Positions 56,047 to 64,000 of a stretch of 64,000 nucleotides of DNA are shown here, one piece after another. The translations under genes and the position numbers were made by a program. Origin of the DNA: Eledone cirrhosa (lineage: Eukaryota). The DNA is taken from assembly GCA_964016885.1 (NCBI GenBank), contig OZ024743.1, forward strand, positions 97,960,001 to 98,024,000, read 5' to 3'. The notes below the pieces were generated by a model. That model was not told the DNA's origin, searched no databases, and saw only the letters and a program-made list of their open reading frames with translations. The stretch's first letter is position 1, and the number at the start of each line of letters is the position of its first letter.

Positions 56047-56103
56047 CTGCTATATATATTTCGGTGATAACCATCATGCAACAGCTATGACCTCATCAGG
56101 CAG
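56047..56103 (-). ncRNA. Canonical type I hammerhead ribozyme
   Basis: Minus strand CTGC-CTGATGA-GGT...ACC-GAAATATATATA-GCAG; AUA site, palindromic stem III. Confidence 0.75.
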
Positions 56104-56223
56104 TTAGAACTTGAACAGAGTAAACAGGAAAACATATTGTTGAAATAGATTTTACCTTGTTAATTCATTGATATACCAAGATCCGAAATGTGGTGTTGTT
56201 TATTCAAAGAACTGGTGGCATAT

Positions 56224-56275
<52 letters not shown>

Positions 56276-57479
56276 TATGAATAGAATTAGGATATAGCTT
56301 CGAGCATAAGAGTATACAGATATGTATTGGAATTTCATATTTTTAAAGAAATACGGTATGTTTACAAATAACCGTTTGTGTGTGTGTGTGAATGTGTGTG
56401 TGTAATGTGTGTGTGTGGGTGTGTTTGTGTGTATGTGTGTATGTGTACGTGTGTGTATGTGTATGTGTATAGATGTGTGTATACGCGCGCATATATGTGT
56501 GTGATTCCAACGAAATAATTTTCGATTATGCTATACTTTTAGAAATATATAATAGTCGTATCGTTGCAGAAGGGACTTCAAAAGTGTTATCGGATAATAT
56601 ATTTCTATTTAATATAATAGTATTTTTATGGATACGTGAAAGTGCAGAGCTTTGGGTTGAGGCATTAATTGATTAGATCACTCAAAATACTAAAAGGAGT
56701 GTTAGGAAAGCTGGCACAGTGCAAATATAGAGATGGAACTGGATTAGGTACAAAAAAGAATGACACAAAATATATTTTATCACGTATATTTCATGATATT
56801 CCAAGTAAACCCTTCTTTTCGTTCGTCATTTGAAAAGGTATTTACTTTGAAATATGAAATATATAGAATGACACATTGCTTTGCTTTGGTATTCTGTTCT
56901 GTTCTGTTTTGTTTTGTTTTTGATGTTGTTTTTGCCTTACTATATATTTGCCATCTTTTCTATCTGCATTTTACAGTCTCACCGCTTCTTTTATTATATA
57001 TTGCATACCTCACATGCTTCATATAAACTAAACTATTTTATATATTCTAACTACTTTAACTGGTTCTATATCTTATCTACGCTGGAAGCACAAAAGACAA
57101 AGTTGACTTCTATATGATTTGAACTCGAAATGCTGAGCTGGAATAAATGCAACGAAGCATTATATCTAACGCTGAATCAGACAATGCAGAGTAGGAGACC
57201 TATAAAATCTCATATACATAACAGAAAGTCGTCATATTCGTTTATATATCGTTTGCTATTTGTATTAAATCTGGATTATACTTGTCGATCTGCGCATATA
57301 TCTATGTATACATTTGTCCAATTATTGACAGTCTATCTACCTTTCTATCTATCTGTCTGTCTGATTCCTTGTCTACCTATTTGTCTATCAATCTATTTGT
57401 CGGTCTTTGTTATTTTATATATATTCATCTATTTGCCACGCTCTTTGTTTAACGCATACATAGTTTTGTGCATCAATTG

Positions 57480-57830
57480 AACAGTCTCCAGTCTCTCGTA
57501 TAAGAATGGAGTGTGGGTGTGGAGTATTGCTGTCATATTTTATCATTTCCTGCATTATAATGTAATATTCCCAAATGTCCAAGGATAATATATACGATAT
57601 GTAGGCTGGATCTCCGTCGATGTGTTCCAGTTGTTTGATCAATGGTACGTCAGTTTGTGAAGTTAACCTAAAGTGGTGTGTGAAAACCTGGACCTTTGCA
57701 ATATATGTACAACACATTTTTGCCAGCTGAGTGGTCTGGAAAAACGTGCAATAATTGTGAATGGCTTGAACGGGCCACAAGATTCAAAAGGCAAAGTGTA
57801 ATTAGTTCAGATCTGGAGGGTATGTTAACA
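57480..57830 (-). pseudogene. Possible very old Tc1/mariner-type transposase remnant
   Basis: only PPDLN*LHFAF* (compare SPDLNPLDFxxW) is recognisable, near 57785-57820. Confidence 0.2.
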
Positions 57831-58091
57831 GAGACAATGTAGAATTATATGTTTTATTGAATCGTATTCAAATGATAATGTATATACATAGATATGGATA
57901 TATATAGTGAAAAGAGTATGGATGTTAGAAAAAGGATTTGAAAAGCGCACCTGGTATATATATGAAAAGTATCTTTATAACATGTAGAAAGAATTGGTGT
58001 TAGCAAAACCTGCTTTCCCCGTTTTGGATCTTCAAAATATTTGTTATTAGGTTAAATTTTATTTTTCGTTAAAACTCCTGCGTGCTGCATT

Positions 58092-58136
<45 letters not shown>

Positions 58137-59199
58137 TGTATATATATATATATATATATATATGGAACAAAGGGAAATAAAGTATCTTGTTTAAGGACAC
58201 ATCACACCGATTTGAATCGAACTCACGACCTTACATTTGTGAGTCCCACACCCTAACCACGCGCATTCACTGACTCAGCCATACTTGCGCCTAAATAAAA
58301 TCTATTAAGAGAAAATAAAGACTGAGTTGTTTAAATGAAGATTGTTAAGATGTAGAAGAAATGTTAGCATGAACTATAAAACTTTAGTTTCCATATTGTA
58401 ATGTTTTCCTGATTTAGCAAAGAAAAGAGTAAAAACACATCTTTATACGATAGCGAGGGTGTAAAAAACATAAATTTAAGAGCGCGGTAAAAGAATAATA
58501 AGTTGTGAAGGTAAAAATAAATGCATTAAATTTAATGAGGCACAAATACATATCGTGATATATATGTGTCTGCAGCAGATTTTTGAATGAAATCAGTAAG
58601 ATAATTGTTTCTACTTTAGGCACAAGGCCAACAATTACCCAGTGCATTACTGGTACTTTATTTTATCGACCCCGTAAGGATCAAAGGCAAAGTCAACTTC
58701 GGCGGGATTTGAACTCAGATGGTAAAGGGAAGATAATGAAGTAGAAAAAGGGAGCTGAAAAGAGTCATATTGAGAGTCCTGGGAGAACAGCTGATCGGAA
58801 TGAAATAAAATAAATCAGTTTATCCATAGAATGTAATTGTCAGGTTATCAACAGCTTTTCTTATGCGAAATACATTTGGAAAACATTTAGTTATTCCCGA
58901 GTCTTTGACACAACAAAGATAGAGAACTCTAAATGTTCATAGGATATTGACATTACTTCAAGGAGTTTTCAATAACACTCGAATAAATTTAAAGAAATTC
59001 TAGCAGTAATACTATAGTTTATTCCAACTGAAATTAGAATAGAATATTGCAGAATGAATTTGTCTTGGTGACATTTCGAATTACGCTCATATCTAGAATT
59101 AACGATCTAGCTATCAATAAATTTATAGAAACTTGTAGATACTAATGCAGTATCTAGCTTTTCTCTAGTACATCTTCATCTTTTTCACCACACAGCCAG

Positions 59200-59278
<79 letters not shown>

Positions 59279-59705
59279 ACTTTACTTCCTTCTTCTAGAT
59301 ATCTATTTAATCTTTTATCTCTTTCCTTTTTCTTTTCCTTTGCTTCTTTTGGTGTTTCTTGTATTTTCTATCATTTCTATTTTTTAAAACATATTTACCT
59401 TTACTTACTCTCATGTAAACCTATTTTTATCGCAATTATCCTTTCATCCTTTTCTATGCTTACATCACCATCATATTTTAAATATTTATAAATATATATA
59501 TATATATATATATGTATATTTAGATTCTGATTTCTAATCCCGCCGAGGTTAGCTTTGCCTTTCATCCTTACGAGGTCGATAAATATAGTACCAGTAATGC
59601 ACTGGGGTCGATTTAATCGACTTTCCTCTCCCAAAAATACCCTCCTCACTTTTATTTCCGCACTCATTGGTACACACAAACCCCACTTATTTCTAATTCT
59701 TTCTT

Positions 59706-59737
59706 CTGATGAAGGACTAGCGTCCGAAACGTTCAGA
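59706..59737 (+). ncRNA. HHR-like motif
   Basis: CTGATGA-A-GGAC tagc GTCC-GAAAC GTTC; stem I imperfect. Confidence 0.55.
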
Positions 59738-60077
59738 CATTCTTCTTGCTATATCAAGCGTTAACCTAATATATCCCTTCCATATACTGTACCGATTATG
59801 TTGTCATTTCTGTTTACCTTTTACATATATATATCTGTGTGTGTGTGTGTAGCAAATAAAATCATAGTTTAGTGTTTCTAAAGAAAAAGGTTGATCGAAC
59901 AGGAATTTCGAGGCTGGAAATCGGTAGTAACCTAAGTTACTACCATGATAGTCGATACATCGATCTTCCACGATCATTCGACCCTTTGAAGCGATCGTAA
60001 AACAATTAACTACATACATCTGACTTCTGTTTTGTTTTCCTCGCTCTATACAGAAACTCTCTCACACACACACGCAC

Positions 60078-60190
<113 letters not shown>

Positions 60191-60711
60191 ATAAAATAAG
60201 TAAGTCAAATATGTAAAATTTGGCTTCGTTTATTATAAATTATAAATTTATAAGACTCTCGCTGTATTTTCATTAAATAAATCTAGCAACACAAACCTTT
60301 AATTTTCTATTAATTTTCTAATAATTTAATTTCATCCTATAACTCTCAACATAAGTTAACGTTCCAATTTTCTGTTCACACATTAGACTATACAGACACC
60401 CATTATATATGCCTTTGTTAAAATATAGGTTCTTTGGAATAACATTTTTCGCAGCGTCCTCTAGCATGACTGTAGTGTGACCCTTACGCTGACTTTTCTT
60501 CTTTCTTTCTTTCTTTTTTTTATTCTCTGACGGAGAGGTGGTAGTACATTATAAGCCTTCGCCCCCTCACCAGATGGTCATTAGTAGACCGAGTTGCCAT
60601 CACTTAAGGGCGACTGACCGAGGTGAAAGCAGCTAGTTGGGTAGTCGTCCTCTCTATCTCTGATTTTCGGACCCATGGATTTTATATATTCCTTTGTTAT
60701 ATTTCGAAAAC

Positions 60712-60768
60712 CTGATGATATCACCGGATTCATACGGAACCCGGTCATTGAAATGATCAGAGTATAAT
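60712..60768 (+). ncRNA. Degenerate HHR-like motif
   Basis: CTGATGA-T ATCACCGG...CCGGTCAT T-GAAAT GATC; stem I not paired. Confidence 0.45.
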
Positions 60769-60965
60769 AAACTTTTCAAGGATTTACACCAGTCCAGCCT
60801 CGTGTTATTTTATTTGTAATAATTAACTCCGTATTAGCACCACCAACTACACAAACGAAGACGGGTGAACTGCACTACGTTGAGTACTCTCCATAATATT
60901 ACATCAAGATTGACCATACGGAATGACCAATTCTATCCAGTGGTGAACCAACAAACCTAAATAAA

Positions 60966-61027
<62 letters not shown>

Positions 61028-61178
61028 CTCCGGAGTAAACAAACCAACCTGCGTACTTCGTCGAGTGCTCTAATCTGCATATTGAGGTGTCGGTAAACAA
61101 CCAACATATACTCAAAATATATATATACATATATAATATTTTCATGATGTCAAATTTTCATTACATTCTTTGAGGTGA

Positions 61179-61257
61179 GACGCGCGTTTCGGGATTGATC
61201 AGCTCAAGGTTCGATCTGTGTCGATCGGGCCCGACTCTGGAATTAAAAGCTCATCAG
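61179..61257 (-). ncRNA. Degenerate HHR-like motif between (TA)n tracts
   Basis: Minus strand CTGATGA G...C GAAAC GCGC GTC with palindromic stem III; stem I poor. Confidence 0.45.
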
Positions 61258-61276
61258 ACTTCTGTTAGCGTCATAT

Positions 61277-61368
<92 letters not shown>

Positions 61369-62159
61369 GGGATAACAGGTTATCGTTATAGGGAGTCCAC
61401 TTAGATGTAGTCCAGTTAGAGTACTCTGTGTAGTGGATAGTATTAACGTGTTGCTTAGTTTGACTCAACAAGACGTTTCCATAGTGATGCTGCGAGTTCG
61501 CGGTGATTTCTATGTAGGTTATACTTGGAGTAATAATAATTCAAGAATGAAGATTTTGTGAAAACTAAATCCCCATGATTTGAACTAGCAATCCCAACTT
61601 TTGGAATAGGCCACTTAAATAACGAATCTACAACTCTACTTAACACCACATAAAAACTATCATTCTCACTAAGTTAATACAACGAAAATGTTTATCTATC
61701 AAACAATAAGTAAATCTCCGATTTATTGCCAGCGTACCTACAGCAAAGCTTATAGCTCATAAATCTTGACTCCAAGTACATTTTATCTGTTACTGTTATC
61801 TCTTCGCCACCTTAACACTATATCTTATGTACCCTATAGCAGTTTTCACATGTCAATTTCATACATCTGTATCATATCAGTTCGTTTAACATGCTAGATT
61901 CCTCATTATACTCTATTTCTTATTTATATTGATGTTATTATTTTAACTATTCACTATCTAGTTATTTTATTATTGATATTATTGTTCTGGTTTAATACCA
62001 CTGCTCTATACAAACCATGCCTTGTGTTTCTTCTTCCCTTTCGCGTGCTCTGATGAAAACGACTAGTTATAAACAAAGTATTGGAGATCGATTGACGCAA
62101 AATCAGACGAGTAGCGAACTCTAGACCTACCAGATCAAAGAAACAATATATATATATAT

Positions 62160-62378
62160 AACGAAGGAAGTGTGGTTAAGAACCAGGTGGACCATAACGC
62201 ATCAGAGTACTCGATACTTGGGGTAGTAGAGTGGGTAATGGGAAAATAGTCAGGACCCCGGCGGCAGAGCTCAACCCGTCTCGACGGCTATTTCTGGACC
62301 CAGAAATAGCTGTCGAATGAGTCCAGAAATAGCAGACGAAACAGCTTGAGCTCTGTCGTCGGGGTCCTGACTCTTTTC

Positions 62379-62380
<2 letters not shown>
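62160..62380. mobile_element. Family H hairpin element with duplicated loop region
   Basis: family body plus inverted arm; ccagaaatagc occurs twice in the loop. Confidence 0.8.
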
Positions 62381-62431
<51 letters not shown>

Positions 62432-63070
62432 GATGGTGTAATAGGTAAACAGGTACCATTTTCCCGAATGCTCGCTTGATCGAAACCTTCAGTGAAGACT
62501 CGCATATTAAATACCTTTCTGTAGTCAATTTACGGTAAAGATTCTAATTTTATATTCAAATTAAATTTATATGCACTGAATGAAGGACTTCTACAATATG
62601 GATAGTGATAATAATATCTTTATAAGTATAACTCTTTCCTTCGAAATTTTAGCGTCGGTTTTCCATAGCCGGTAATGTGGGCGAAACTTTGAATTAAATT
62701 GTCACTATTAATAATAATTATCATATATATGTATATATATATATGTGTGTGTGTATGTGTGTGTGTGGGTGTGTGTATGTGTGTGTGTTAGTGTGTGTGT
62801 GTGTTTGTTTGTGTCTATGTATTTGTGTGTCTGTATATATATATAGTATGTATGTATACATATATATATGTATAAATAGATGTATATATATATACAATAA
62901 TAATATTCGATTCGTTTGCAATTATGCAAACAGCCTCTGTTTTAAAGCCATGTCAGTAGAATGAGCCCCTCATTCTTGCTCTTGTGTTTGTGTTGTTAAT
63001 ATTCGAAAAACTCAGATTACATTTATTGTATTCAGCCGTGTAGAGCGATGATTTTTTTTTAATAATATAC

Positions 63071-63150
<80 letters not shown>

Positions 63151-63153
<3 letters not shown>

Positions 63154-63601
63154 AGATGAAATCGAAAATGCAACTGGAGTCTTATTTTTTTTTTAAATAT
63201 ATATATTTATTTGGTTCCTTTACCGGTTTCGCAGTTCTTCTGCTTTTCAAAAGTAGAGTTGAGATGGACGGTCTGTGGTTTTTCTCACATCTGGCTGGTC
63301 TCTGAATTTTACTTGTTTTATATGGAAAAAGTGGCTCGAAATGCCAGGTTTTTCGAGAAGTAATTTGATTGGTTGCCAAACAATCAAATTACTTCTCGAA
63401 AAACCTGGCATTTCGAGCCACTTTTTCCATATGAAACAAGTAAAATTCAGAGACCAGCCAGATGTGAGAAAAACCACAGACCGTCCATCTCAACTCTACT
63501 TTTGAAAAGCAGAAGAACTGCGAAACCGGTAAAGGAACCAAATAAATATATATATTTAAAAAAAAAATAAGACTCCATTGCATTTTCGATTTCATCTCTT
63601 T
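63151..63601. repeat. Near-perfect fold-back (221-bp arms, 9-nt loop) with a U3-A8 HHR in each arm
   Basis: axis at 63376; CTT-TTGAAAA-GCAG aagaa CTGC-GAAAC CG GTA-AAG at 63499-63534 (+) and 63218-63253 (-); (TA)n on both sides. Confidence 0.9.
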
Positions 63602-63645
63602 TTCTTTATACTTTCACTCGTGTAGGACACCTCGGTTATTTTTCA

Positions 63646-63692
<47 letters not shown>

Positions 63693-63695
<3 letters not shown>

Positions 63696-63813
63696 CGAAG
63701 GAAATGTGGTAAGGAACCAGATGGACCATAACGCACCAAAGTACTCAATACTTAGGGTAGAATTAGCCGTCGAAACGGCTTGAGCTCAGCTGTCTGGGTC
63801 CTACTCGTTCCTA
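63693..63813. mobile_element. Family H copy with the left arm deleted
   Basis: body joins directly (gggtag|aattagccgtc) to the right arm; (TA)n flanks. Confidence 0.75.
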
Positions 63814-63869
63814 TATATATATATAGTAATAAAGTAAAAATAATAATCTGTTATTTTAACGTATGTATG

Positions 63870-63900
<31 letters not shown>

Positions 63901-63960
63901 ATATATTTATATTTATATATATTTATATTTATATATATTTATATATATATATACATATAT

Positions 63961-64000
<40 letters not shown>

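Noticed and set aside
60608-60650. Hairpin containing CTGACCGA...GAAAG
   Set aside because: Core spacing is non-canonical and there is no stem II
62040-62090. CTGATGA motif
   Set aside because: GAAA replaced by TAAA and stems do not pair

Overview
AT-rich, repeat-saturated eukaryotic DNA with no confidently identifiable host protein-coding gene. The SINE type and microsatellite load suggest an octopus or other cephalopod genome (inference). Contents: (1) a head-to-tail array of L1/Tx1-type non-LTR retrotransposons joined by (AAT)n (16.5-27.7 kb, with further pieces at 1-1.4 kb); (2) two decayed Penelope-like elements (RT + GIY-YIG), one with long inverted termini; (3) decayed RTE and R4/Dong-like LINE pieces; (4) about 20 tRNA-headed SINE copies and two minisatellites. 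The most striking hidden structure is at least 15 hammerhead-ribozyme (HHR) motifs of unrelated sequence, found by eye. Most sit in short non-coding fold-back or tandem elements embedded in (TA)n tracts, and four unrelated families carry the compensatory U3-A8 core (UUGANAA). The SINE also appears to share its 3' tail and ATAAT target with the Tx1 elements. All family assignments come from motif recognition; no database searches or folding computations were run.
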